From Candidatus Latescibacterota bacterium (lineage in GTDB: Bacteria > Latescibacterota > UBA2968), in the NCBI GenBank assembly GCA_022822565.1, contig JAJEAX010000047.1, forward strand, positions 1 to 52,868: DNA of 52,868 nucleotides, read 5' to 3'. The notes under the pieces are model-generated. The model was not told where the DNA came from, ran no database searches, and saw only the letters and a list, made by a program, of their open reading frames with translations. This document shows, piece by piece, positions 28,176 through 37,450 of the stretch. The position numbers were made by a program, and so were the translations under genes. Positions within the stretch are counted from its first letter, which is position 1, and every line of letters starts with the position of its first letter.

Positions 28176-30146
28176 CTAGTAATCGTGTACCGTGTGTCCC
28201 TGACCAAAGAAAAAGAAGTGGTCAATCACAGTCGAAATAAAAACGGCAATCGCATTGCCAATCAGCATGCCGATGAAGAACGGCTGACCGCTCCGGTACA
28301 TCTGTACACCACCGATCTTCAGAATGACCGTCTTGTAGAGCCACACGGCAAATACGGGAAGCGGCAAGTGTCTGGACATCGTCATGCCTTGAATGGCAAG
28401 TCCCACGGCCGGTAAAGGCCACCAAATGAAGTGATACCGCAGCGTTGTCAGAACGGCAACGACTGCCATCCCGACACCTACAAACGTCAGGCGATCCCAG
28501 TCCGTGGGATACGGATTTCGGATCCATGTCACAGCGCGTTGAAAGTTTTGCTGCGTAAACTGAAAGGTTGTGATATAGTTGTAGCCGCCGAGACGGTATC
28601 CTTTGTAAATCGTATCCGCACAGGCGAAGGTCATCCCCACCAGCATCGCCAGAATGATTGCCTTCACCAGGCGGCTTCTGTGGAAGGACACTCCGCTGGT
28701 CAGTTTCAGCGTTTGTGCAAGAGGAGGGCCGAGAAAGCCTCTCGTGGTCGCGAAGAGCGCATTGAGGTAACCCTGTGTGACCATGGAAGGAGCGGTTAAA
28801 TCTCGAGATCCCAAAACGTAGAAGGGTGCCCAGTTTAGGGCTGTGTCCGAAATGTTCGCGTAGGGCAATCCCACTTCCGCAACAATACGAGTCAGTCCTA
28901 TGTACGCGATCAGTGCGAAGGTAACGTAAAGTGCAAGTACTGATAACTGCATTCCGGCCATATGGAACCATCCGCTCATGTAGAGCAAACCGATGAAGAA
29001 TCCGATAACGGCGGTCCGGTAGGACAGGACTTCCCCGGAATCATCTAACGAGGGATCACCTTTGATGGCTTTTCGAAATACATCTTTCAGATGACTTCGG
29101 GACATCCACAGACTGAGCAGAACGATCATGATCAGCGCACCAAAGCTTTGGGACCGAACCGCTTCCAGCCCTCCTTCACCAATCGAAGAGCCCACACCCA
29201 ACCGGTCGAATACGGCCACTTCGATCCCGGTGATGACAAAAAACAGCCAAACGCTGAACAGCGCTTCCACCCTCGCGAAGTAGGCGAATCCCACAATGTA
29301 CACGCTGAATCGCACCCAGAAGGTCGGGGCTCCGTCCAGCCAGTTGAACCAACCCGTAGCCGTAGGGGTAGTGGGTAGCTGCGGCACAAGTGGGAAGAAG
29401 AAGGATACCACGTTCCAGAGAACGGCGATCGCACCAATACCAAATCCGATCCGAAAACCACGGTTCCGCATCATCTGCGAGATTCCGTAAGGATCGTCTG
29501 CTTCAGAAGCCATCTGGATCCCTACGTTCATGAGTGGGTATTCGAGTCGTTCGTTCTCCACCCACTGCTTTCGCAAGATGACCATCATGCACAAAGTCAT
29601 CCATCCGATGGCGAAGATGAGGGTTGACCACCAGAACATGGGGATAGCCCATGCACCCCAGGGAATCGATTCACCCGGTAAAAGCCCTTCAAAGAACAGA
29701 GTCGCCGCGCGATCTTCGTTGTGCAGCGCAATCCACGAGGGAATGTGTTCGTGCAGGAGGTCACGCCACGCATTCTCCGCCGTATCCATATAGAATGGTG
29801 TGGCAATGACCGCTACCAAGAAGGAAGCAAGACCGAAGAAGGGAAAAAACGCGCCGATCAGTCCCATTGCGAGGACAACCTGCAACTCTTCTTTTCTGAG
29901 CACCCAATTCGACTTCGAGCGAGCGAGAAATGCATTGAGCATCACCAACAGGGCGTAGACGAAAAACAGCCCCATGGGCCAATAGGACTTGTTGAGCTTG
30001 GAAGCTTGAAGGCTCAAAGCCCAAGTGATGTAGGCCACCGACAGGACAACAACGATCAGGCCAATGGCAATCGACCGAATGGTTACGGCTTCACTGACGA
30101 TTCCACCCTGTTGGGTAGGATCCGTTTGAATACGGGATTCGGTCAC
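28176..30146 (-). CDS. large polytopic membrane protein of unknown family (putative transporter)
   Basis: 656 aa with at least 14 hydrophobic segments by eye. GTG start follows AGAGGA. It is the first gene of the sulfatase operon. No transporter signature was recognised. Confidence 0.65.
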   Translation of the reverse strand: MTESRIQTDPTQQGGIVSEAVTIRSIAIGLIVVVLSVAYITWALSLQASKLNKSYWPMGLFFVYALLVMLNAFLARSKSNWVLRKEELQVVLAMGLIGAFFPFFGLASFLVAVIATPFYMDTAENAWRDLLHEHIPSWIALHNEDRAATLFFEGLLPGESIPWGAWAIPMFWWSTLIFAIGWMTLCMMVILRKQWVENERLEYPLMNVGIQMASEADDPYGISQMMRNRGFRIGFGIGAIAVLWNVVSFFFPLVPQLPTTPTATGWFNWLDGAPTFWVRFSVYIVGFAYFARVEALFSVWLFFVITGIEVAVFDRLGVGSSIGEGGLEAVRSQSFGALIMIVLLSLWMSRSHLKDVFRKAIKGDPSLDDSGEVLSYRTAVIGFFIGLLYMSGWFHMAGMQLSVLALYVTFALIAYIGLTRIVAEVGLPYANISDTALNWAPFYVLGSRDLTAPSMVTQGYLNALFATTRGFLGPPLAQTLKLTSGVSFHRSRLVKAIILAMLVGMTFACADTIYKGYRLGGYNYITTFQFTQQNFQRAVTWIRNPYPTDWDRLTFVGVGMAVVAVLTTLRYHFIWWPLPAVGLAIQGMTMSRHLPLPVFAVWLYKTVILKIGGVQMYRSGQPFFIGMLIGNAIAVFISTVIDHFFFFGQGHTVHDY

Positions 30147-30417
30147 GTTAGTCCTCTGGCTTTTGCTTCAGTTTGATGAATCTTCATTCAGTGTTGGTAG
30201 GGAACCTGCCATTGCCTGACGAATTCGGGTTAGATTCCCAGGCCTCAACTGATGCAAATAGCAGGATGAAACAGGAAGCTTCCAACCCATAAAGCACGAG
30301 TCATATGGAAACTTCGAGTAATGAATGATGTCGAGATCCCACGGCCCTGGAGCAGGGCAAAAAACCATTGAGTGAACACGATACGAATTTCTTCTTGATT
30401 TTTTTGTTATCTATGAG

Positions 30418-30429
30418 TTATCATGATAA
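30418..30429. promoter_or_regulatory. perfect 12-bp palindrome TTATCATGATAA, candidate LTTR operator half of cassette A
   Basis: The palindrome was read directly. The related sequence TTATCATAATAA occurs at the equivalent place in cassette C (41258-41269). Confidence 0.45.
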
Positions 30430-30484
30430 AAGCAAAATAAATATGAACTAGTGATAAACAAAATTGATAATTTAAATAGAATAA

Positions 30485-30676
30485 ATGCGCCAATCGAATA
30501 GGTCAAAATTCAAGCTGGAAACCGACTTGATCTGTCTCCGCTCCCTGGTCGCAGTAGTGGAAGAAGGTGGTTTCTCGGCAGCGGCGAAACGGATCCATCG
30601 CACACAATCCGCAATCAGCCTTCACGCCAAGCTGGAGGAGCGGTTGAACACAAAGCTCCTGGAGCGGACCAGTTGA
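30485..30676 (+). pseudogene. lysR 5' fragment (HTH domain only, 63 codons, premature TGA)
   Basis: It matches the intact lysR N-terminus except for a 3-nt in-frame deletion (SLQIAKLEE becomes SLHAKLEE) and a CGA-to-TGA change after ..LLERTS. Homology continues out of frame to 30771. Confidence 0.8.
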
Positions 30677-30814
30677 TCCATAGCTGTTACCCTATCTGGT
30701 GAAACTTTTTTGAGCTATGCTCGCCGGATTCTCGAACTGGCCGACGAGGCGGTCCTATCCGTTACTGCACCGACAGTGGGGCGAAGTATAAGCCGTATAG
30801 AGGAAAAGCGGAAC

Positions 30815-32455
30815 TCAGAACTTGGAAACCTTGAGTTCCTTTCCGGTTATGAATTCCAGTAGTGCCGGAACGCCTTCTTTCGTCTGCGCGATTCCTCTCC
30901 TGATGGCTGGAATAATATCCTCCGGTTTCTCCACCCGTTCACCATATCCTCCAAATGCTTTTGCCATATCCGCGTAGTTGCCGGAGATATCCGTGCATCC
31001 GAATTTCTCCTGAGAGACCTGCATAATGGGGATCTCACAGGCCATTGAAAAGTTATTAAACAGAATCGAGAGGATGGGTATCTCCTCTCTCACCGCCGTC
31101 TCGAAGTCCATTCCCGTGAAGCCGATCGCGGCATCTCCCCACACGTTGATACAAAGCTTATCCGGTTTGACCAGCTTCGCGCCCATCGCAAGTCCCAGAC
31201 CGTAGCCCAGTTGCGTGGTTTTGCCCCATCCAATGTAAGAGAGCGGCTCTGTTGCCTGCCAGAAAGGAGACAGTTGGTCGCGGGGGCTACCGGCATCATG
31301 GGTAATAATCGTGTTCGCGACGTCCACGGTGTGCAAGAGATCCCAAATGACTCGGTAGGGTGTGAGAGGGACTTCGTTTGAGGTCAACTTTGAGGTCCAT
31401 TCCGCCATCCACCCCTCCCGGATCTCTCTGATCTGTCCGGAGACCTTGTCAGCAAGTCCTCGAGGTTTTCCATTCAGACGATCCGAGACAGCTTCAAGCA
31501 GCGCTTCAAGCGTTAGCCGGGCATCACCAATCAGCGGGACCTCCGTTTCCACATCCTTGTTGATATCGGCGGGATCAACTGTTGCATGTACGAAGGTTTT
31601 CCCTGCTGGCATGGCAAGGCCGTATTGGGTCCGCGTAAAGCTACAGCCAATTCCGAATATCACATCCGCGTTCTGAAGAAAATCGTGAACGGCTTTGGGC
31701 ACCGTGCGGCCACCGGACCCGAGCGAGAGCGGATGGTTCTCCGGGAAAGAACTCTTGCCCCCCAAACTGGTTGTAACCGGCACCTCCAGCAGTTCTGCAA
31801 GCTCTTTCAGCGCATCCCAGGCCTTAGCGTAATGCACTCCTTGGCCCACGTAGAGCAAGGGTCGCTCAGCGTTGATCAAAATCTCTGCCGCCTTGTCCAC
31901 AGCTTTCGGGTCTGGACCGTACTTCGCCGATGTAGCAGGTCGATAGTCTATCGGTTCGGGGACCTCATCCGGTCCTGTGAGCAGATCTTCCGGGGTTTCC
32001 ACAAGCGCAGGTTGGGGACGTCCGTTTTTGACGGCGGAAAACGCCCTCCGCAGAACTTCGGGCACCGTTTCGGCCTGGTTGATCTGTTCGCACATTTTCG
32101 TTACGTGCTGAAAGTTGAGAAGAGCGCTAAAATTGGGCTTGGTGTTGGTCAACTGGCGAGTGTATCCCCTCGGTAGAACGATAATGGGAGAGGACTCCCC
32201 GTACGCCTGCGCGACGCCGCCAAAGGCGTTTTCCACCCCTGGACCGCTTTGCATACAAAAAACGCCGATTTTCTCGCCGGATGTAATGCGACTGACCGCA
32301 TCGGCCATGTGCAGCCCGATCCGTTCCTGGCGGCAAATGATGGGGCGAATTCCAACCTTCGCGGCCGCGTCAATAAGCGGATTTACAGGGTAGGCGAATA
32401 GAATCTCGGAGCCCTCTTCTTTCAGAATGTGTGCAATTGCATCAACTACTAACAT
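30815..32455 (-). CDS. thiamine-pyrophosphate-dependent enzyme (acetolactate synthase-like fold)
   Basis: The N-terminal Pyr domain reads FAYPVNPLIDAA..RQERIGLHMADAVSR..SGPGVENAFGG. The C-terminal PP domain has a GDAAIGF..N TPP motif. AAGGAG precedes ATG 32455. Confidence 0.8.
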   Translation of the reverse strand: MLVVDAIAHILKEEGSEILFAYPVNPLIDAAAKVGIRPIICRQERIGLHMADAVSRITSGEKIGVFCMQSGPGVENAFGGVAQAYGESSPIIVLPRGYTRQLTNTKPNFSALLNFQHVTKMCEQINQAETVPEVLRRAFSAVKNGRPQPALVETPEDLLTGPDEVPEPIDYRPATSAKYGPDPKAVDKAAEILINAERPLLYVGQGVHYAKAWDALKELAELLEVPVTTSLGGKSSFPENHPLSLGSGGRTVPKAVHDFLQNADVIFGIGCSFTRTQYGLAMPAGKTFVHATVDPADINKDVETEVPLIGDARLTLEALLEAVSDRLNGKPRGLADKVSGQIREIREGWMAEWTSKLTSNEVPLTPYRVIWDLLHTVDVANTIITHDAGSPRDQLSPFWQATEPLSYIGWGKTTQLGYGLGLAMGAKLVKPDKLCINVWGDAAIGFTGMDFETAVREEIPILSILFNNFSMACEIPIMQVSQEKFGCTDISGNYADMAKAFGGYGERVEKPEDIIPAIRRGIAQTKEGVPALLEFITGKELKVSKF

Positions 32456-32495
32456 TGGGTGCTCCTTCTGTTTGCTGGGGTGAATCCAAGAGTTA

Positions 32496-32720
32496 TGCAG
32501 ATCCATTGCGTCCATTTTTCTGCCACAACCCCTTCAGCGCCTGTACGGGTGACATTGGCAGATCGCGCAACTACACCCCGACCGCCTTGTAAATGGCATT
32601 GGCAACCGCAGCAGCAGGCGGCACAATGGGCACTTCACCAACGCCGCTAAACCCGATGCACAAATGCCGCACTGCAATGCCGCATGCTCTAAGAATTACA
32701 CCTTCTTCTGGTTTCGCCAC
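32496..32720 (-). pseudogene. C-terminal fragment of a molybdopterin oxidoreductase (xanthine dehydrogenase / IorB / CoxL family) with an internal TAG
   Basis: ..GFSGVGEVPIVPPAAAVANAIYKAVGV-TAG-LRDLPMSPVQALKGL.. matches the conserved GVGE..PP.APA.ANAI..A.G.R.R.LP tail of this family. No upstream part of such a gene is present. Confidence 0.55.
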
Positions 32721-32748
32721 AGGACGACCTCTCCGCTCAGATCGACCA

Positions 32749-33840
32749 TCAAAACACGATGAGTCCACGAGCGACCTCTCCCGCAGCCAGAGATCGGAAA
32801 GCCTCGTTCGCCTCTTCCAGAGAATAGCGATTGGTAATCAGCTCATTGATCTTCAGCCGACCTGCCAGGTACAGTTCCACCATTCTGGGAAAATCGTCCC
32901 GCACCTTTGCACTTCCGTACTTACATCCCCTGAGGACCCGTTCGTTGGCTTGCAGTTCTCCTGTGTCAAACGTAACGGTTGAACCTGTCGGGGGAAGACC
33001 GATCATCACGGCGACGCCTCCAGGGGCGAGGCATTTCCACGCCTGATTGATCACGCTCGCCTCACCGACTGCAATAAAGGCGTAATCCGCGCCTCTACCC
33101 GTAATATCCCAGATCGCTTCGACCGGGTCGTCCTGTGACGCATCGATACCGTGCGAAGCCCCTAACGACTGCGCGTACTCCAGCTTCTTCTCATTTATAT
33201 CCACCGCAATTATCGGGTGTGCAGCGACAAGTGACCCTCCTTGAACGACATTGAGCCCAATCCCGCCTACGCCGAAAACCGCCATACTGGCACCCGGAGG
33301 AACGGAGGCCGTATTCATCACGGCACCTACGCCTGTCATCACCGAACAACCGATGAGCGCCGCTTCTTCCAGTGGCATATCATTGCGAATTGGAATGGCA
33401 CAACCTGACGGAACGACGGAATAGGACGCATAAGACGCCACATGACCGTAGTGATAAACAGGCTTTCCTTTGAGCGTCATTCGGGTCGTCCCGTCCAGAA
33501 GCGTGCCGCGTTCGGGTGCCACGCGCTCACAAAGCTGCGATCTGCCCGTTACGCAGTAGTGACACTCGCCGCAGGTAGGGGCCCAGGAGAGAACCACGTG
33601 ATCACCCGGTTTCAGATTTCGAACTCCGGATCCGACTTCCTCCACGACGCCCGCCCCCTCATCCCCTAACACGATTGGCATGGGAAATCCCCTCCAACTC
33701 CCGTCAGCCGTGTGGAGACAGCTGTGGCACACGCCGCTCGCGGCCATTCTCACAACCACCTCGTCTTCCTTTGGAGGAGCAAGTTCCACATCCTCGACCT
33801 CAAGAGGATGTCCGGGTTCGAACAGAATCGATGCCTGCAT
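32749..33840 (-). CDS. zinc-dependent alcohol dehydrogenase (MDR family)
   Basis: ASGVCHSCLH, GDEGAGVVEEVG and CGECHYCVTGRSQLC are the catalytic and structural Zn motifs, and GVGGIGL is the cofactor motif. GGGAGG precedes ATG 33840. Confidence 0.9.
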   Translation of the reverse strand: MQASILFEPGHPLEVEDVELAPPKEDEVVVRMAASGVCHSCLHTADGSWRGFPMPIVLGDEGAGVVEEVGSGVRNLKPGDHVVLSWAPTCGECHYCVTGRSQLCERVAPERGTLLDGTTRMTLKGKPVYHYGHVASYASYSVVPSGCAIPIRNDMPLEEAALIGCSVMTGVGAVMNTASVPPGASMAVFGVGGIGLNVVQGGSLVAAHPIIAVDINEKKLEYAQSLGASHGIDASQDDPVEAIWDITGRGADYAFIAVGEASVINQAWKCLAPGGVAVMIGLPPTGSTVTFDTGELQANERVLRGCKYGSAKVRDDFPRMVELYLAGRLKINELITNRYSLEEANEAFRSLAAGEVARGLIVF

Positions 33841-34151
33841 AGGTTCCCTCCCTTCGCTTAATGAGTGGTATGGGATGCGACCCGTCATAAAGCCCAGCGT
33901 AAGCGCGAAAAGATGCGCCGACAGGGCTTTGCCGGTCCGGCGATGTTGCCTATTCAAGAGTTGGAATACAGCGATTTCCGCGAATCGTTGGCAGCATTGG
34001 AAGAAGAATTCAAAGTACACGGAGAGGAATAGATGCTCGTCCAGTCGGACAACGGATCATAGCAAGGCTCAAGCATGTCTGGGCCCTCTCGACACCAAAC
34101 AGAAAACAGGCGTCGACCGGTTGTGGGAGATCACACGTCCGTCGCCCGTTT

Positions 34152-35222
34152 TCACATTTTTCCGATCCCAAATCCAACCGTCACCATATGAACATCACCC
34201 AATCGGTTGAAGTCAATATACGAGTAATCGACTGAAATCGACATCTTGTCCCGAGCGAGTCGAAGGCCGCCACCCGCCGTCAGGCCTTCTTCGTCATAGT
34301 TGAAGCGGTAGCCGCCCCGGATGTAGGCGAGTTTCTGGAATGCATACTCGGCACCGAAATTGAGCTTCTGATCCCCATCGTTCGGATGAGTGAACTCGGC
34401 GGCGAGCGTAAACAGATGCGGATTGCCACCAACCTGCTCCAGAATATCCATGGCCACGCCCAGCTTGAACACCATGGGCATACGAACCGAGGACGGTGTG
34501 ATCTGGATTTGCTCGTCGTACTTGGTAAACTCGGTATCCGGACCGAAGTTCTGTCCCAGCATCGCGATTCGCAGGCTCTTGATACCTGTGTGATAGTAGG
34601 TACCGATATCAATCGCCCAATTGCTGGTGCTGGCTCCGTCGAGCGTTTCCTGGAAATACTTCACGGTCCCACCAACCTGCAGGCGATCCGTGATCCTTTT
34701 TGCGTAGTTCACACCAATGCCGAAATCGCTGGCACTGAATGTGCCGAGGCCCGAAATCACGGGAGCGGTTCTTCCAAGAGTCTCTCCGCCTGGACCAAAC
34801 TGCTCTACGTTTTCCGTCCTCTCCATGTCACCATAGTCGAGCGTGATCAGAGAGATGGCAAAGGTACCCCAACCTTCAACGTTCAGGGCCGCAGCACCGG
34901 AGTAGTAGTTAATGTCAGCGATCCAACTCATGTGGCTTCCGGAAACGCTGATGTTCTCGATGTCTGAAATCACGGCGGGATTGGAGAGTGCACCATTTGC
35001 ATCGGCACCGCCGATCACTGTTGAGATGCCTCCCATTGACGCCACTCGTGCGGATGTTGGTAGCTTGAAAAACTGCCACCCCGATCGTCCCACGCGGCTG
35101 TAGGGCAGGGCTTTGATTCCACGGCCCACTTCCGCTTCATAGATCCGATCCTGCGCAAGAATTTCACTTGTAGACCCGGTCACAAGCAATAGGATCAGTA
35201 CAGGCGACCATTTGAATCTCAT
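34152..35222 (-). CDS. PorV/PorQ-like outer-membrane beta-barrel protein
   Basis: It has a signal peptide, then TSARVASMGGISTVIGGADANGALSNPAV (a PorV-family N-terminal motif as I recall it). Alternating beta-strand sequence follows and ends in an aromatic-rich C-terminus. Confidence 0.65.
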   Translation of the reverse strand: MRFKWSPVLILLLVTGSTSEILAQDRIYEAEVGRGIKALPYSRVGRSGWQFFKLPTSARVASMGGISTVIGGADANGALSNPAVISDIENISVSGSHMSWIADINYYSGAAALNVEGWGTFAISLITLDYGDMERTENVEQFGPGGETLGRTAPVISGLGTFSASDFGIGVNYAKRITDRLQVGGTVKYFQETLDGASTSNWAIDIGTYYHTGIKSLRIAMLGQNFGPDTEFTKYDEQIQITPSSVRMPMVFKLGVAMDILEQVGGNPHLFTLAAEFTHPNDGDQKLNFGAEYAFQKLAYIRGGYRFNYDEEGLTAGGGLRLARDKMSISVDYSYIDFNRLGDVHMVTVGFGIGKM

Positions 35223-35249
35223 TGTACGCCTCCTTGTGTATCTGGATGC

Positions 35250-37328
35250 TTATCGAAGAATCACGAATTTCCCTATGTGGGACTCACCTTCGTGACCCGC
35301 CACATGGGAGGTAAGGTGATAGATATAGACCCCAGCAGCGGGAATCGCCGAAAAGTCAGTCCGCAGATAAGTGCCTGTTGATTGGCTGCCCCAGGTCGCT
35401 TCCCCAAAGGCATCGTGATGGATGGTCTTCACGAGATCCCCCGCCATCGTGTAGATACGAATGGTACACTGTGCGGGGATATTTACAAACGCCAGCCGAT
35501 TGTTCTGCGAAGCATCCAGGAAGCCGCTCCGCTGTCGAAATGGATTTGGAACAACTCGGATCGCTGCAAAATCATTGCTTGGTGCTCGTGGCGCCTCGAT
35601 AGCAAAAAAACTGTAAGCTGTCAGTCCACTTTCGAGTCCGTGTGTATCGTAAGAAGTCACTCCGTACCGGTAGGGGATTCCAGCTTCTGCCGTAAACCGA
35701 TAGGCAATCTTGTCCCCACTCCGGAACGCTTCAGCCTCGGCCTTGGTGAGGTCCTCCACGAGGACCCATGGCCCCGTGATGTGAATCTGGGATTGGTAGA
35801 CTCTGTATCCGGCGAAATCATCTTCTCCGGTGCCAGGATCCCGATAACTGTCCGGTACGGCCTGCCAAGTGAGATCGACCCCCTGAGACCTCGATGCGGC
35901 ATCGGCGAACGGTTCAACCTCCAGCTTGGGTTCACCGTCGATAACAAATGGGGGTGTGCCCACAGTCGGCGGCGGATACGCATCCTTCGGCAGCTTGAAG
36001 TCGTTTGCAATCAGCTCCAATGCAGCATCATAGTTGGCTTTGAAGGCAGCGATGCCCTGCTCCTGGAACACCTGGGTGGCATTAAGACCACCCAACTGGC
36101 TGATATTCCTGTCCATTTCCCCGAAGCAATAGATGGCGATCCACTCAATCTCATCGCCAGGCTGCAGGTCGAATGGGCCAATGTAGGAATAGAGCATTGG
36201 AGAGCGCTCAAAAAGACTCCCATCCACGGACCCATCCTTGGGACGGCTCGGATCATTCCACAGATCGCGCCAATTCGCCCGTTCCTGATCGTGGGAAAGA
36301 GCCCTTTGCCGTTGTTCAAGGCTGCCGCCGCCTCTCAGTAGACCAAATTCGTGGGGAGGGATGGTAATATCGCTGTTGCGCCCTCGATTGGAATTGTTCA
36401 AGACTTCAACAGCAGACAAGATGTTGTAATGCACCTTATCCGGAACCGGCATCCCATTGTAGGTCAGGTTTTCAACCCCCCACCCTCTGACCTCGGGGTC
36501 ATAGAGCCTGCGATCAAGCGAACCGGCCTCGGTGATGTTCCCCGGATCGCCCGCATCGCCCGTCGTATTCCCCGGGGGCTGGTAGATGTCAAACGCAGTT
36601 GGTGCTGCCTCGCCTCTCAGCCACTGGACATCGTCATAGAACATGAAGACTTCGCGATCCGGATCCCACTGATACTCCATATCGTTCAAAAACTTAAAAA
36701 TATTGTTTTCCAGCTCTCCATATTGGACCTGGGCAGGCATGTTGTAGTAGAAATCGGTAAAAGGGACGTCATCCACATTCTTCAACTTTATCTTGTGAAT
36801 GACGAAATCGTCATACTTTGGGACGCTCCAAGCCATGGACTTGGTGGTAATCAGAACCGCGCCTTGTGGCAGATCCGGTGCTGTACTCTGCTGCTTGAAC
36901 GTCTGGAAGACACCTTCTCCCCATTGCTCAGCTTCGTTAATCCCGCCGTCACCAGCGAAATTGTAGTTATTATGCAGGGTAAAAGGAATCTGCGCTCCAC
37001 CATACGACCCGATATTTCTCTCCTCGAGGTTGATATAGGCGTTCTCCCCCTGGTTTACAAACATGATGAAAGGGGCGATCATATCAATTTGATCGGGTGC
37101 CTCGTAGTAGCCCGGATAGGACATCACGTTGGGTATGTAGGTTTCCGCATAGTTGGCGCCGCAGCTCGTGCCGTACCACAGCCGACCAACTGTGATCGGA
37201 AAGGAAGAATTCGGGACTAGCTGGCCTTCCGGTACTGCGTTCGTGGGCAATTGAGCACTTCCCTTTCCAGGCAGGAGGAGAATCATGCACAGCGTCCAGA
37301 GAAGGATATGTGCGCGAATTGGTATCAT
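35250..37328 (-). CDS. secreted protein with an FN3-like module and a T9SS C-terminal sorting domain
   Basis: The signal peptide is MIPIRAHILLWTLCMILLLPGKGSA. The FN3-like segment reads DLTWQAVPDS..FAGYRVYQS. The C-terminal ~90 aa, VVPNPFRQ..CTIRIYTMAGDLVKT..GVYIYHL..GKFVILR, resemble a Por secretion tail. Confidence 0.7.
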   Translation of the reverse strand: MIPIRAHILLWTLCMILLLPGKGSAQLPTNAVPEGQLVPNSSFPITVGRLWYGTSCGANYAETYIPNVMSYPGYYEAPDQIDMIAPFIMFVNQGENAYINLEERNIGSYGGAQIPFTLHNNYNFAGDGGINEAEQWGEGVFQTFKQQSTAPDLPQGAVLITTKSMAWSVPKYDDFVIHKIKLKNVDDVPFTDFYYNMPAQVQYGELENNIFKFLNDMEYQWDPDREVFMFYDDVQWLRGEAAPTAFDIYQPPGNTTGDAGDPGNITEAGSLDRRLYDPEVRGWGVENLTYNGMPVPDKVHYNILSAVEVLNNSNRGRNSDITIPPHEFGLLRGGGSLEQRQRALSHDQERANWRDLWNDPSRPKDGSVDGSLFERSPMLYSYIGPFDLQPGDEIEWIAIYCFGEMDRNISQLGGLNATQVFQEQGIAAFKANYDAALELIANDFKLPKDAYPPPTVGTPPFVIDGEPKLEVEPFADAASRSQGVDLTWQAVPDSYRDPGTGEDDFAGYRVYQSQIHITGPWVLVEDLTKAEAEAFRSGDKIAYRFTAEAGIPYRYGVTSYDTHGLESGLTAYSFFAIEAPRAPSNDFAAIRVVPNPFRQRSGFLDASQNNRLAFVNIPAQCTIRIYTMAGDLVKTIHHDAFGEATWGSQSTGTYLRTDFSAIPAAGVYIYHLTSHVAGHEGESHIGKFVILR

Positions 37329-37450
37329 CTTTCACTCCTTTGTCGAATTTTTCAAAGTCATCGATCCAGGTCAGAGGATGGAGCAAGGTGCCGATTCAGC
37401 ATTGCGCCTGACTTTCCATCCGCATCTTCCCTGACCCCTGATCCCTGTCT

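Larger units (their letters stand above)
30366..30771 (+). repeat. promoter/lysR-stub cassette, copy A
   Basis: It aligns by eye to 46515.. (CATTGAGTGAACACGATAC..ATTTCTTCTTG) and to 41226..41620 (AT-rich spacer plus lysR codons 1 to ~95). Confidence 0.85.

Noticed and set aside
28222-28971. 249-aa alternative-frame ORF inside the 656-aa membrane protein gene (same strand)
   Set aside because: It is nested out of frame within a much longer ORF whose product has coherent TM-helix periodicity. The nested translation is Arg/Cys-rich with no features.
32456-32515. 20-codon N-terminal extension of the TPP enzyme ORF
   Set aside because: AAGGAG sits 6 nt upstream of the internal ATG at 32455, which begins the conserved MLVVDAIAHILK.. 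TPP-enzyme N-terminus. The extension overlaps the molybdoenzyme remnant.
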